The notes: generated from the letters alone by a model not told the origin. 64,000 bases of DNA from Chrysomallon squamiferum (GCA_012295275.1 CM022674.1:7006001-7070000); one strand, 5' to 3'; positions 14,290 to 29,050 are shown, counted from the first letter of the stretch. Made by a program: numbers and translations.

Positions 14290-15460
14290 TGAATTTCTGT
14301 CTGTTACACTGACTCAGTGGTGAGTTCGTGTGTTTATTAGACTGATTCAGTGGTGAGTTTGTGAGTTTGTTAGACTGACTCAGGGGAAGTTTCTGTCTGT
14401 GAGTTTGTTAGACTGACTCAGTGGTGAGTTTCTGTCTGAGTTTGTTAGACTGACTCAGGGGAGTTTCTGTCTGTGAGTTTGTTAGACTAATTCAGTGGTG
14501 AGTTTGTGAGTTTGTTAGACTGACTCAGTGGTGAGTTTCTGACTGTTACACTGACTCAGTGGTGAGTTTCTGTCTGTGCGTTTGTTAGACTGTCTCAGTT
14601 GTGAGTGTTAGGCTGACTCAGTGGTGAGCTTCTGTCTCTGAGTGTGTTAGACTGACTTAATGAGTTTCTGGTGAGTTTTTAGACTGTCTGTTAGACTGAC
14701 TCAGTGGTGAGCTTCTGTCTGTGAGTGTGTTAGACTGACTCAGTAATGAGTTTCTGTATGTGAGTTTGTTAGACTGTCTCAGTGGTGAGTGTTAGACTGA
14801 CTCAGTGGTGAGCTTCTGTCTGTGAGTGTGTTAGACTGACTCAGTAGTGAGTTTCTGTATGTGAGTTTGTTAGACTGACTCAGTGGTGAGCTTTGTCTCT
14901 GAGTTTGTTAGACTGACTCAGTGGTGAGTTTCTATCTGAGTTAGACTGATTCAGTGGTGAGTTTCTGTTTGAGTGTGTTAGACAGACTCAGTGGTGAGTT
15001 TCTGTCTGTGAGTGTGTTAGACTGACTCAGTGGTGAGTCTGTGAGTTTGTTAGACTGACTCAGTGGTGAGTTTCTGTCTGTGAGTTTGTTAGACTGACTC
15101 AGTGGTGAGTTTCTGTTTGAGTGTGTTAGACTGACTCAGTGGTGAGTTTCTGTTTGAGTTTGTTAGACTGACTCAGTGGTGAGTTTCTGTCTGTGAGTTT
15201 GTTAGACTGACTCAGTGATGAGTTTCTGTTTGAGTGTGTTAGACTGACTCAGTGGTGAGTTTCTGTCTGTGAGTGTGTTAGACTGACTCAGTGGTGAGTT
15301 TCTGTTTGAGTTTGTTAGACTGACTCAGTGGTGAGTTTCTGTATGTGAGTTTGTTAGACTGACTCAGTGATGATATTCTGTCTGTGAGTTTGTTAGACTG
15401 ACTCAGTGGTGAGTTTCTGTATGTGAGCTTGTTAAACTCACTCAGTGGTGAGTTTCTGTA
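14290..15460. repeat. ~37-41-bp minisatellite (gtttgttagactgactcagtggtgagtttctgtctgtga), ~30 units
   Basis: The unit is read directly throughout. Most units contain TGACTCA and GTGAGT. Confidence 0.95.
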
Positions 15461-16215
15461 CTATTGTACTAATGTTGCTAGCTCTATTATTACTACTATT
15501 ACTATTTCTGTTGAACTTGTATAGTTGCTACTACTACTGCTGCTGCTTTTTCTACTACTACTACTACAGCTATTGTTACTACTGTGCTGCTACAGTAAAT
15601 AATATTGCCACTGTTCCCATGTTACCATTATTACTTTTAATATTACTATCACTACTGATACTAATGTCACCACTACCACTACTACTACTATCACCATCAT
15701 CATCACCACAACCACCACCACCACTACTACTATCACCATCATCATCACCACAACCACCACCACCACCACTACTATCACCATCATCATCATCACAACCACC
15801 ACCACCACACTACTATCATCCACATCATCACACCACAACCACCACCACCACATTAAACTGTCAGTTCATCACCACAACCACCACCACCACTACTACTGTC
15901 ACCAAACTGCATCTACCATCAACCACCCTACATTAAACTAGTTCAGATACATATAAAGATTCTAAAGAAAAGTTAGATAACTACTACTGTTATACTAATA
16001 TACTACTACTACTACTATTACTACTGCTACTACTACTACAGTTGTTGTTACTACTGTACTGCAACTGTAAATAATATTACCACTGTTTTGGTACTATTAA
16101 TATTATTACTTTTAATATTACCATCACTACTGTTATTAATGTCACCACCACCACTACATTAAACTAGTTCAGATACGTATATAAAAGATTTTAAAGAAAA
16201 GTTTGATAAACACCC

Positions 16216-16731
16216 CTCTGTTATATAAATATATTAATGTAATATGTGTAATAAAATTTTAAAAAATTTCTCTCTGGTTAATACAGTGTATATAAGATAC
16301 ATACATTTTAAATTGATATTCTCTGTCTGTGTAATAAAATTTAGAATTTTTTCTCTCTGGTTAATTCAAGTGTATATAAGATACATACATTTTAAACTGA
16401 TATTCTCTGTGTAATAAAATTTTAAAAAATTTCTCTCTGGTTAATACAAGTGTGTGTAAGATACATACATTTTAAATTGATTCTCTGTCTGTGTAATAAA
16501 ATTTTAAAAAATTTCTCTCTGGTTAATACAAGTGTGTGTAAGATACATACATTTTAAACTGATATTCTCTGTGTAATAAAATTTTAAAAAATTTCTCTCT
16601 GGTTAATACAAGTGTGTGTAAGATACATACATTTTAAATTGATATTCTCTGTGTAATAAAATTTTAAAAAATTTCTCTCTGGTTAATATGTGTATATGAG
16701 ATACATACATTTTAAACTGATATTCTCTGTC
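16216..16731. repeat. ~80-83-bp tandem repeat, 6 copies
   Basis: gtaataaaattt...ctctctggttaatacaagtgt...agatacatacattttaaa recurs at about 16248, 16331, 16411, 16493, 16573 and 16653. Confidence 0.93.
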
Positions 16732-16895
16732 TGGTTGGTTTCAGAGTAAATTAGGCTAATCAAGAGTTTCTGTCAGCAGAATCCAGACATAATAAAATTA
16801 GCCAGACTCTTTTCTTTCTTTCTTCTTTTTCACTAGAAACCAAAGTTATCAAGGGTAAAGTAATGTATAATGTGTGTACTTTGTTAAGATGTACT

Positions 16896-16938
<43 letters not shown>

Positions 16939-17175
16939 TCAGAGAGGGGGAGGGATGGAAGAAAGGAGGTATAGAGAAAGAAGGAGAGAAAGAAAGAAAC
17001 AAAGTGAAATACAGAGAAAAAGAAAAAGAGCTTGTAAAACTTGTCACTAATGAGTCACTAATTTTATCCATTGTCACTATTTTATTTTGAATAGACAAAA
17101 ATCATTATTTTGTGTGTGTGTGTGTGTTTTATTTATGTTTGTTTTTATATATTGTGCCTGCACCTGCATTTGTAT

Positions 17176-17390
17176 TGATTAAAACTGAAATAACAGCTAA
17201 ACATGAAACATTTATAAATTAACTTCATGTTTACATACTTCTTTATAAATATATTTAACTTTACTAAATAAATAAATAAATGATTAAAACTGAAATAACA
17301 GCTAAACATGAAACATTTATAAATTAACTTCATGTTTACATACTTCTTTATAAATATATTTAACTTTACTAAATAAATAAATAAATAAAT
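17176..17390. repeat. Perfect two-copy 105-bp tandem duplication
   Basis: tgattaaaactgaaataacagctaaacatg starts at 17176 and at 17281. Confidence 0.93.
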
Positions 17391-17469
17391 CAATAAATAA
17401 ATAAACAAACATACAAGCATCGCTAAACCAGAATGCAAATTATCAAAATAATGCAGTTAACACTCTGCG

Positions 17470-17515
17470 GTTGTCATGGCAACTGACTGTAACCAACAGT
17501 GGTTGTCATGGCAGT
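17470..17515. promoter_or_regulatory. Tandem RFX X-box-like elements
   Basis: GTTGTCATGGCAAC (17470-17483) matches the X-box consensus. A near copy, GTTGTCATGGCAGT, lies at 17502-17515. Confidence 0.45.
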
Positions 17516-17762
17516 TAATGCAGCAGGTGATATTTGAAGAAATGAAAATCTTTCACTGAGGCTCGCACCATCAACAAAAGATTTTTTTAAAAACCAGATG
17601 AAAATTTTACAGAGAAAAAGAACAGTAATAAAATGTTTCGAGAAGAACAGATAAACAATAGACATTATTAGTAATAGTACATTCTCCACCTGTTCCTACT
17701 ACTACCACTATTACCATTACTATTACTATTACTATTATTACTGTTACTATAAGTGCCGGTCA

Positions 17763-17805
<43 letters not shown>

Positions 17806-17948
17806 GTTGCTACTACTATTTCCATTACTATTACTATTATTTCTACTATTACAACTACTACAGTAATTATTACTACTACTACTACAACTACTACTATAAT
17901 CATTACTGTTAATTATTATTTGAAAATAAAACTACACAATTCTGACAC

Positions 17949-18001
<53 letters not shown>

Positions 18002-19650
18002 TCTGTTATCTACTGGTGTGTTATATATCTATCTGTATATATGTGTGTATGTGGTAAACACATAAGTAAGTCAAAACCATGTAAAATGTATACAAAGACA
18101 GCCCACGCTTTCTCCAGATACACAAAAGAGTTACCAAAAATAGATGTAACTATTTTTACATTTTTGTCAATAATGTCACATATTTGGGGATGGTATTTGT
18201 GTGACTTTCAAGGTCATGCATGCCTTGTCTACATATATATATAATAAAATTAACAACATTTGTGTGGGCTATTTTGTCCATTGGTAAACAAACTGTATAT
18301 ATTAAACCAGTTTTGGGCAGTATTTCTTATAATTGTATTCTTGATATAATTTTGGGTATTTGAAAAAGAAATAGAAGTTATAAGAGACTATGTATTCTGT
18401 TACTTTTAATATCAATGTTGTTTTAATATATATTTTTTGCAGGGTTCTTTGTTGAGAGAAAAAATACATATATAAAAATTAAAAAAAAAAAAATTTGAGG
18501 TATAAAATTGTATTGATTCTGTGTTGTTTTTTTGTTTATGAAATTTATTTTAATGAGGTTATTAGTGTGATACAAAAGCTGATGGTATACCCACAGACTG
18601 ACATGTAAACAGTTAACAATAGACTCACACTCACATTCATACTTACTGTTACACACTCACATTCATACTCACTGTTACACACTCACACATACACTGACAG
18701 ACACATTCAAACACAAATTGTTAAAACAAATTCTCTCAAATGCACATACACATACATGTATGCAGTATGTATGTATATGTGTGTCTGTGTGTGTGTATAT
18801 ATGTATGTATGGTATAAGTATGTGTATGTCTGAATGTGTGTACATAAGTATGTATGTGTGAGTGTGTATGGGTACATCTGCTGATATAAACATTTTAATA
18901 ATTATTACTGTTACTATTAGTATTATTATTATTGCTGTTATTGTTATATTTGTTATCATTATTATTGTTTTTATATTGATTATTACTTATATACATACCA
19001 ATATACAGAAACATATTTTTTTCACACTGGAACTATTCATTCATCAAAAATCATTGCAAAAAAAAAAAAATCAATAAATCCTATACATCAATTTCTGCTT
19101 AATCAGAATGACACAAGAAAAAAAACCCCACAAACACACACTCAGACATAGATAGATACCCCCCACACAGAGACCCCCACACAGAGAGGCCCCCCACATC
19201 TGCCACCCCACACACAGTGAGACACACATGCACAGACACACAGACAGACAGACACATGTACACACAGAAACAGAACACTGCTGTGGTTGTTGCATCATCC
19301 CACTTTCCTGACATTCAGAACCAAACTTAGCTAACAAGATTCGATTTATATCTGTTACGAAACAGTCTACCACTGCGGAATGTGATTTCTGGCTCACAGC
19401 CAAAATTCCTGCCGTTGCTGTTGGCAGTTGCTGGCGATGTCTGCGCAGTCAATTCCAAAACTGGAACAAGCAGACACCCAAACATTGACATGAGGAGTCG
19501 GAGCGAAAGGTGGTGCCAGACTGAGTCTTACGAGTGTCTGTTTACATATATTTTGGGTATTATGCAGATACATTTTAATACAGATATTCATATAGACAGA
19601 CAACCAGATATACAGATAACACTGATGTAACAGTCATACATGCATGTGTG

Positions 19651-19701
<51 letters not shown>

Positions 19702-19739
19702 CTGGTACACATTCATGCACAGGTACGCACACATTTTCT

Positions 19740-20486
19740 TTTAAACTGAAGTCAGTGCTTGCTATTCATGCAGGCTTTTACAATGTGTATCACATGGACA
19801 TACATACATATATACACACATACGTACATAAATAATACATACATAAATACATACATACATATATACATACATACATACATGCATACATACATGCATACAT
19901 ACATGCATACACATGTACACATGTACATACATTTTCACATGCATACACACATCTGCAAACACAACCTTATACAGACTTACAGTGTTTATTTCACACATAC
20001 ATACACACAGACATAGACGCATACAGTGTGTCTGGAATTGAAGTCAGTGTTGACTGTTACAATACATACACATACACACATACACACATACACATACATA
20101 CACACACATACCATGTCATACACTGTTTACATGTTTCAATGTTTATGTCACACATGCATACACATATACACACACACACACACACATGTACAGTGTGTCT
20201 GGAATTTTCAGTGTTTACTGTTTACACACAGACACACACACACACATACACACAAACACACACACAGACACACACACACACACATCTGCAAACACAACCT
20301 TATACAGACTTACAGTGTTTATTTCACACATACATACACACAGACATAGACGCATACAGTGTGTCTGGAATTGAAGTCAGTGTTGACTGTTGACAGGCTG
20401 TTTCAATGTTTATGTCACACATACACACTTACACACATACACACTTACACACACACACACACACACACATACACACACACACACAC

Positions 20487-20518
<32 letters not shown>

Positions 20519-20645
20519 CAGTGTCTAAAATTGAAGTCAGTGTTTACTGTTTACAAAGACTGTTTCAATGTTTATGTCACACATACACACTTACTTACAC
20601 ACATACACTTATTTACACACACATACACAATTACTTACACACACA

Positions 20646-20702
<57 letters not shown>

Positions 20703-20740
20703 ACTTACAGTGTGTCTGGAACTGAAGTCAGTGTTTACTG

Positions 20741-20801
<61 letters not shown>

Positions 20802-20848
20802 GAATTGAACACACACAGGCTGTTGCAGTGTTTACACACACACACACA

Positions 20849-20922
<74 letters not shown>

Positions 20923-21019
20923 AGTGTGTCTGGAATTGAAGTCAGTGTTTACTGTTTACACAGGCTGTTGCAGTGTTTATGTCACACACACACAGACAGA
21001 GACACACACAAACACACAG

Positions 21020-21064
<45 letters not shown>

Positions 21065-21130
21065 AGTGTGTCTGGAATTGAAGTCAGTGTTTACTGTTTA
21101 CACAGGCTGTTGCAGTGTTTATGTCACATG
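19740..21130. repeat. Composite repeat: cagtgtgtctggaattgaagtcagtgtttactgtttaca units embedded in (CA)n tracts
   Basis: The unit recurs at about 20024, 20357, 20708, 20922 and 21064, with partial copies. A longer block (catctgcaaacacaaccttatacagacttacag...) is duplicated at ~19950 and ~20283. Confidence 0.9.
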
Positions 21131-21280
21131 TGTTCTGATCTCACAAGGTCACAGTTATTAGTTCTGTACACACAAAATTTCCTGCACTTTTAATTAACTT
21201 TGACTTTGGATGAGATTAATTTTTTTTTTTTTTTTAGTAGATGATTGCTAACAGGTTGCTTAAAGCTGTGAGAAAATGAA

Positions 21281-21318
<38 letters not shown>

Positions 21319-22432
21319 TTTTTGTGTGTATCTCTGTGGGTGTGTGTGTTTCTGTGTCTACATAAAACATGAGTTGAATAACACTTTGTGTTAACTAATA
21401 AAATTGCATCTAAAACAGTTTGGTACGAAATTTTTTAGTATTCCCTATGTAATTTATTTTGTAGTATATTTAATATATTTAATATGTTATATCTGCCTGA
21501 TGTTATATTATTTTCCTACATTTATTGTGGAAAAGACGTGGGTAGTTTAATAAAAGTTGAATGACCTTGGGTTGGTTGACATTGAAATTAAAAGTGTCTG
21601 TTGGGGGGATAAGAAAGAAAAGGGGAGAGAAAGATGAAAAAAAAATAGATACAGATAAAGAGAAGAAAGAGAGAAAAAAAAAAAGAAGGAAATAGTGAGT
21701 GATAGAAAAGTAGTATAAATACATTTAAGAAAACATATACAGTTACAGATGTTAAGATATCTGCATGAGGAGAAATGTAAGTGTTTTTCTAACACAGACA
21801 GACAGACAGACAGACACATGCAGATAATTAACATGCCTATTGTAGTGAGAGAGTGCACTGTTTGGGTTAATGTCCTCCTGTGTTTGGCAAATACGTCTTT
21901 GTTTGAGGAACGTCTACTCACATGCACTTCACTCCTGTACTTCGTTACTCACATTTCACTCACAGGGAGGAACTGGGCGGGGTGCATAGAGGGAGATGAA
22001 CTCCGAGGAGTTAATAAATATTCATAAATGGAGATGTGAACTGGATTTATTTTTTTTTATTTTATTATTATTATCATTTTTGTTTTAAAAAAAAAAATTT
22101 GTTTTTTTTTCTGTATGTGTGTTTGATGTTTTACCTTGAATTCAGGAATAATGTTTTTTTTTTCCTGTTCCGGCAAATACTTTCCTTGGACTGAAATGAG
22201 TGGGCAGGTTGTCTTGTTCCGAGTCACATGTCACTGCGATACAGAGCTTGTCTTTGGCAAAACACTGAGTTTGTTTTTTCTTCCAGCATCTTCGGCTGTG
22301 CATCATTTGCCAGGGAGCTTTCTAGAGGGTGTTGTGTCCTTTTCTCACACAAAACAGCCAGTCAGGACTCCCAACACATTCTAATTTCTTGTTCTAACCA
22401 GTGCTCCTTGATTTGTGTCATTTAGTGTGTAC

Positions 22433-22490
<58 letters not shown>

Positions 22491-23003
22491 AATAACAATG
22501 ATGATAATGATAATAACAATAATAATAATAACAGTAATAACAATAATAAGATATAACAATGATTATGATGATGATGAAAAAATAATAATAATAATGATAA
22601 TAACAATAACTATAATATAACAAAATTAACAATGATGATGATAATTTATAATTATAATGATGACGATAATTTATAATGATGATGACAATAATGATAATCA
22701 TGATGATAAGAAGAAGAAGATGAGGTTGAAGAAGATAATATAACAACAATGATGGCAATAACAACAATAGTAATAATAAACAATGAATAAATAAAATAGT
22801 AAAAGTAGTAGCAACAATAATAAAAATATAAACAGTAATATTATCTCAAATTAATCAAAATAATCTCTTAAAAAAAAAAAAAAAAAAAAATTTAATCTTG
22901 GTTTTCTATATAGGAATTAATTCTGCTTTTCTTTATTTATTTTGACTGTTGGATTCTCAAAATAGCGGCAAGATTTTTGTGTTTACTTTTTTCTCGTTGC
23001 CAG

Positions 23004-23100
23004 GACTATTTTTGTACGGAAAGATAGAAATAGTTTACTGTGTGTCTGATCCGAAACCTGCAGACATCCAACGTCTTCGTAACGGATTAGTCATGATGAG
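23004..23100 (+). other. Candidate 97-nt internal exon
   Basis: The acceptor gtttacttttttctcgttgccag is strong and the body retains CpG. It is open in one phase only (GLFLYGKIEIVYCVSDPKPADIQRLRNGLVMM). The donor GAG|GTATTC is weak. Confidence 0.25.
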
Positions 23101-23212
23101 GTATTCGCTGTGGATGTGTGTTTGTATATTTGAAATTCTTCACTGTGTGTGTGTGTGTTATTTATGATGAGGTATTCGCTGGGGATGTATATTTGTATAT
23201 TTGAAATTCTTC

Positions 23213-23250
<38 letters not shown>

Positions 23251-23299
23251 ATGATGAGGTATTCGCTAGGGATGTATGTTTGTATATTTGAAATTCTTC

Positions 23300-23339
<40 letters not shown>

Positions 23340-23457
23340 ATGATAAGGTATTCGCTAGGGATGTATGTTTGTATATTTGAAATTCTTCACTGTGTGTGTG
23401 TGTGTATTTATTGATGATGTGTATATGTTAGGGATGTATATTTGTATATTTCTCTTC

Positions 23458-23499
<42 letters not shown>

Positions 23500-23544
23500 A
23501 TGATGAGGTATTCGCTAGGGATGTATGTTTGTATATTTGAAATT

Positions 23545-23599
<55 letters not shown>

Positions 23600-23800
23600 C
23601 ATGATGAGGTATTCGCTAGGGATGTATGTTTGTATATTTGAAATTCTTCACTGTGTGTGTGTGTGTGTGTGTGTTTGTGTGTGTATGTGAGTGTGTGTGT
23701 GTGTGTGTGTTATTTATGATGAGGTATGTGTGTATGGATGTATGTTTGTATATTTGAAATTCTTCACTGTGTGTGTGTGTGTGTGTGTGTATTTGTGTGA

Positions 23801-23832
<32 letters not shown>

Positions 23833-23961
23833 ATGATTCTTCACTGTGTGTGTGTGTGGGATGTATGTTTGTATATTTGAAATTCTTGTGTGTGTGTGTG
23901 TGTGTGTTATTTATGATGAGGTATTCGCTAGGGATGTATGTTTGTATATTTGAAATTCTTC

Positions 23962-23999
<38 letters not shown>

Positions 24000-24048
24000 A
24001 TGATGAGGTATTCGCTAGGGATGTATGTTTGTATATTTGAAATTCTTC

Positions 24049-24092
<44 letters not shown>

Positions 24093-24380
24093 TGTATGTT
24101 AGTGTCTGTGTGTGTGTGTGTGTGTTATTTATGATGAGGTATTCGCTATGGATGTATGTTTGTATATTTGAAATTCTTCACTGTGTGTGTGTGTGTGTGT
24201 GTTATTCATGATGAGATATTCGCTAGGGATGTATGTTTGTATATTTGAAATTCTTCAGTGTGTGTGTGTGTGTGTGAGTGTGTGTGTGTTTGTGTGTGTG
24301 TGTGTTTTATTCTAAACATTTTTCTATTTATGATGAGATATTCACTATGGATGTATGTTTGTATATTTGGAATTCTTTTG
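23093..24380. repeat. Composite tandem repeat: ~58-bp unit (ttatttatgatgaggtattcgctagggatgtatgtttgtatatttgaaattcttcac) plus variable (TG)n, ~14 units
   Basis: The unit is read directly. Some central units are scrambled. Confidence 0.93.
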
Positions 24381-25169
24381 TTTGTGTGCACATGTAAAAG
24401 AGCTAGAGAGAGAGATGGTAAGAGATGGAATGAGAGAATGCAAAAGAGAGGGGGAAAGCATTGTAAATTGTAATACCAGGCATAACCCAGATCATACAGA
24501 ATATGTGTAAAATCTTCTACACAATTTTTCATATCTGCTTGTTAATATCACTTAGCTTACAACAGTGATAACAATTGTAATAATAATAAAAATAGTAGCA
24601 GGGAAAAAATAATAGCAGCAGCTACAATAATAATGACAGAACTACAAGAACAAATACAACAATAATGGCAACAACAACAATGACAGTAATAATGACAATA
24701 TTTATGGTGATAATAATAATAACAATAACAACAAGAATAACAATAATAATACAAATTTAAACAATAACAATAACAATAATAATGATTAAAAACTGAAAAT
24801 AAAAAAAGAATTAAAAAACGAAAAATAATAACAATAATAATAAAAGCAACAACAACAACAACAACAACAATAATAATAATAATAACATTAACAACAGTAA
24901 TGATAACAACAACTACATCAACAAAAACTAGAACTAATAATATTAATAAAAAAAACCAACAACTATGAACAGGTTTTCGTGACAGCTACATCTAACACAT
25001 GTCTGGGGATTGACAAATCAATAAACTTTACATCGGCATTCTGTTACACGGTGACATTTTGTGCAGGACACAGTGAACTACGCCTACACCATGCTGGAAT
25101 CCAGCCTCTGGCTACAACAACATTATCTAGAGCGAAAGGTTTCAAGCCGCGCTTTTTTTCTCTCTTTCT

Positions 25170-25258
<89 letters not shown>

Positions 25259-26758
25259 CCGTTTCTTTGATAAATTAAGTGAACAATGATGGCTCTTTGG
25301 TTTTGGTAAATTTTGTGTTCATGTGGGAAGAAGAAATGTGTGTGTGTTTGTGTGTGTGTGGGTGTGTGTGTGGGTGTGTGTTGGTGTGTGGGGGTTGTTT
25401 TTCCATGTGTATATGTAATTGTCTGGCTTAATGGAAAGCTTTTATTAACTGTAGTTCTGGAAATGCTAGTTAAAATGCTGTAAGTAACAGCAGTGGTAGT
25501 AGTTGTAGTAAAATAGTAGTAGTAGTGGTAGTTGTAGTAATTGGAGTTAATTAATAGTAATTACAATAAAGTAGTAGTGATGGAAGTGGTAGCAGTAGTA
25601 GTAGTAGTGGTAGTAGTAAGAGTACAAAGCTTAAATAATCCATTAGAATATTTTCACTTTGTTAAAATTCTTCTTCAGATTTTTCAAATTCCTGACAGAT
25701 TATGCTATTTGGAATGTTACAGGCTGGTATTTCTGGTTTTTAATCTAACTTTCTTTTTTTTTTTCTTTCGATGTAGAAGAAACAATGTTAATCTCATTTA
25801 TTTTATCCGTATGTAAATATTTGACAAATACAGACTTACTGTCTTTGTTGTTGGGTGGAAACTATTTTTGTTTTCGTAATGCGGATAATAAAATTTATAT
25901 AAGAAGTTATCTAAAACTGTTTTACTATACTGCATGATGTTTATTATTATTAGTAGTAGTAGTAGTAGTAAAAGTAGTAACAGTAATAGTAGTAGTTGTA
26001 ATAGTAATAGTAGTAGTGGTAGTAGTAGTAGTAGTAGTGGTAGTAGTAGTAGTAGTGGTGGTGGTAGTTGTAGTAGTAGTAGTAGTAGTAGTAGTAATAG
26101 TAGTAGTAGTGATAGTATAGTAGTTGTAGTGGTAGTAGTGGTGGTGGTAGTAGTAGTAATAATAGTAGTAGTGGTGGTAGTAGTAGTAATAGTAGTAGTA
26201 GTGGTAATAGTAATAGTAGTACTTTTCTATTTACACTAGTTATATCACTACTTTATTACTAGCAGCAAGGCCAACTTTACTACAACTACCACAACTATTG
26301 CTACTATTACAAATAACTTTTCTGTGACTACTACTGCTACGTATTACTACTACTACTACTACTACCATTTCCCACATAACTATTATTATTACTAGTACTG
26401 ATACTCATTATCATTATTATCACTACATACTACTACTGTATGCCACACATATGCAAATACACACAAACACATGAATTACCTGAAACGTAAATAAAACAAT
26501 AATCTATACATACACCTGTATAATGAAATGTACCCCCCCACGCCTACCTACACCGCCCACACTTGCACCTGTTTCTTCTCTGTGTTTAATTACAGTTTAA
26601 TGATCATCACAAGGTGTATTTCATGGTATATAATTTTTAATAAAACAAATAATTAATCAAAGTTTGAGACATTTTAATTGATATTTCGCTCCGATCTGGT
26701 AAGAAAATAGAAAAATCTGAAAATTAATAAATGTAATAAATTGTATATTTATGTGATT

Positions 26759-26811
<53 letters not shown>

Positions 26812-27322
26812 TGTGTATGTCTGTGTGTGTGTGTGTGTTTATGTGTATGTCTGTGTGTTTAATGGGATATGTTTTTGGTTTGGTTTAGGTTTTTTTATTT
26901 ATTTGTTATTGGAATTGTTTTTTATTATTATTATTTATTTATTTTTTCCGATTGAGAAGATTACAAAGAATATTTTTATAACAAACTTAATAGAATTTTT
27001 TATTCTATATTTTTATTTTTTAGATCTTATTTTTTTCATTTATTATTTATTTTATTTTTATTATTTTAACTTTTTTTTTTTTTTTTTTCCCAAATGTTCT
27101 TACTTTATTTTTCTTATTTTATTTTTCTCATTTCTTTATTTTTCTTATTTTATTTTTCTCATTTCTTTATTTTTATTATTTTATTTTTCTCATTTCTTTT
27201 TTTTTTTCTTCTTTTTTTTTTTTTTAATTTTATTTACAGTGCAATCACTTGATCCAGTGGGACATCTTCCAAATATATATATATTTATTTATATTTAAAT
27301 AGCTGTTATTTATGAGTCTGTG

Positions 27323-27336
27323 GTAACCATGGCAAC
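27323..27336. promoter_or_regulatory. RFX X-box-like element
   Basis: GTAACCATGGCAAC lies in a short complex island between low-complexity tracts. Confidence 0.4.
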
Positions 27337-27477
27337 ACTAGTTGCATAAACAGCTGTGTTTAGTGTTTGTTGTGTAAGAACTGTAGTGGGAGACAGGAGA
27401 AAATGGCTGACATAAATAACATAAACACTGACAAATGTAAACAAAGCTAAATAAATAATCAGATTAAAGTAGGTTGT

Positions 27478-27537
<60 letters not shown>

Positions 27538-28296
27538 TATAATAATTATAAAATAATAATAAAAATAATACAATAATAATAATGATCATAATAAAAATAA
27601 TAATAATAATGATAACAATTATAAAAATAATAATAATAATAATAATAATGATCATAATAATAATTAATAACAATAATAACAATGATAATAATAATAATAA
27701 TTAATAACAATAATAATTATAATAATTATAAAATAATAATAAAAATAATACAATAATAATAATGATCATAATAAAAAATAATAATAATAATGATAACAAT
27801 TATAAAAATAATAATAATAATAATAATAATGATCATAATAATAATTAATAACAATAATAACAATGATAATAATAATAATAATTAATAACAATAATAATAT
27901 AATGATAATAATGATGATGATGACACTGGTAACAATAATTGTAATGATGATGATAATGATAGTAATACTACTACTGCTACTACAACTACTACTGTTACGA
28001 AAATTGGCTTTAATAATAAAGGCAATGGTGAAATTGATAACAGTAATAACAAAAATAAAATTTCTGTTTGTGTTTGTGTGTTGAATGTATGTATGTATGT
28101 ATGTTTATCTTCTTCTTTTTTTATTCCCCATTTCAGACTTATTCTCACCCTCACCCCTAAACCACCCCTCCCCCTTGCCAGGACTCTGCCCCTGTACACT
28201 AGCTAGGACGTTAACATGTGTGTTGTAGACAGGAATTGCAAGCTTGGGGTGAATTAATGTATTTGTTTCCTGCTGGAATTCCTCCACTGACAGTCC

Positions 28297-28600
28297 ATGT
28301 CACTTCACTCTCTGTCAGAACAGCAAGAATCTTACACCTTCCAAATACAAACACACGTTTTCATTAGTGTGTGTGTCTGTGTGTGTGTGTGTGTCTCTGT
28401 GTGTGTGTGTCACTTCACTCTCTGTCAGAACAGCAAGAATCTTACACCTTCTAAATACAAACACGTTTTCATTAGTGTGTGTGTGTGTATGTCTGTGTGT
28501 GTGTCTGTGTGTGTGTGTGTGTCTCTGTGTGTGTGTCACTTCACTCTGTCAGAACAGCAAGAATCTTACACCTTCTAAATACAAACACACGTTTTCATTA

Positions 28601-28634
<34 letters not shown>

Positions 28635-28835
28635 CTGTGTGTGTGTCTGTGTGTGTGTGTGTCTGTCTGTGTGTGTGTGTGTGTGTGTCACTTCACTCTG
28701 TCAGAACAGCAAGAATCTTACACCTTCTAAATACAAACACGTTTTCATTAGTGTGTGTGTGTGTGTGTGTGTGTCACTTCACTCTGTCAGAACAGCAAGA
28801 ATCTTACACCTTCTAAATACAAACACACGTTTTCA

Positions 28836-28866
<31 letters not shown>

Positions 28867-29016
28867 CACTTCACTCTGTCAGAACAGCAAGAATCTTACA
28901 CCTTCTAAATACAAACACGTTTTCATTAGTGTGTGTGTGTGTGTGTGTGTGTCACTTCACTCTGTCAGAACAGCAAGAATCTTACACCTTCTAAATACAA
29001 ACACACGTTTTCATTA

Positions 29017-29050
<34 letters not shown>

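Noticed and set aside
15445-15936. 163-aa ORF with Pro/Ser/His/Thr runs
   Set aside because: It derives from (ACT)/(ACC)/(ATC) trinucleotide repeats, has a GTG start inside a minisatellite, and shows no splice support.
23093-24380. ATGATGA (box C) in each repeat unit, suggesting a tandem C/D snoRNA array
   Set aside because: There is no matching CTGA box D or terminal stem in the unit.
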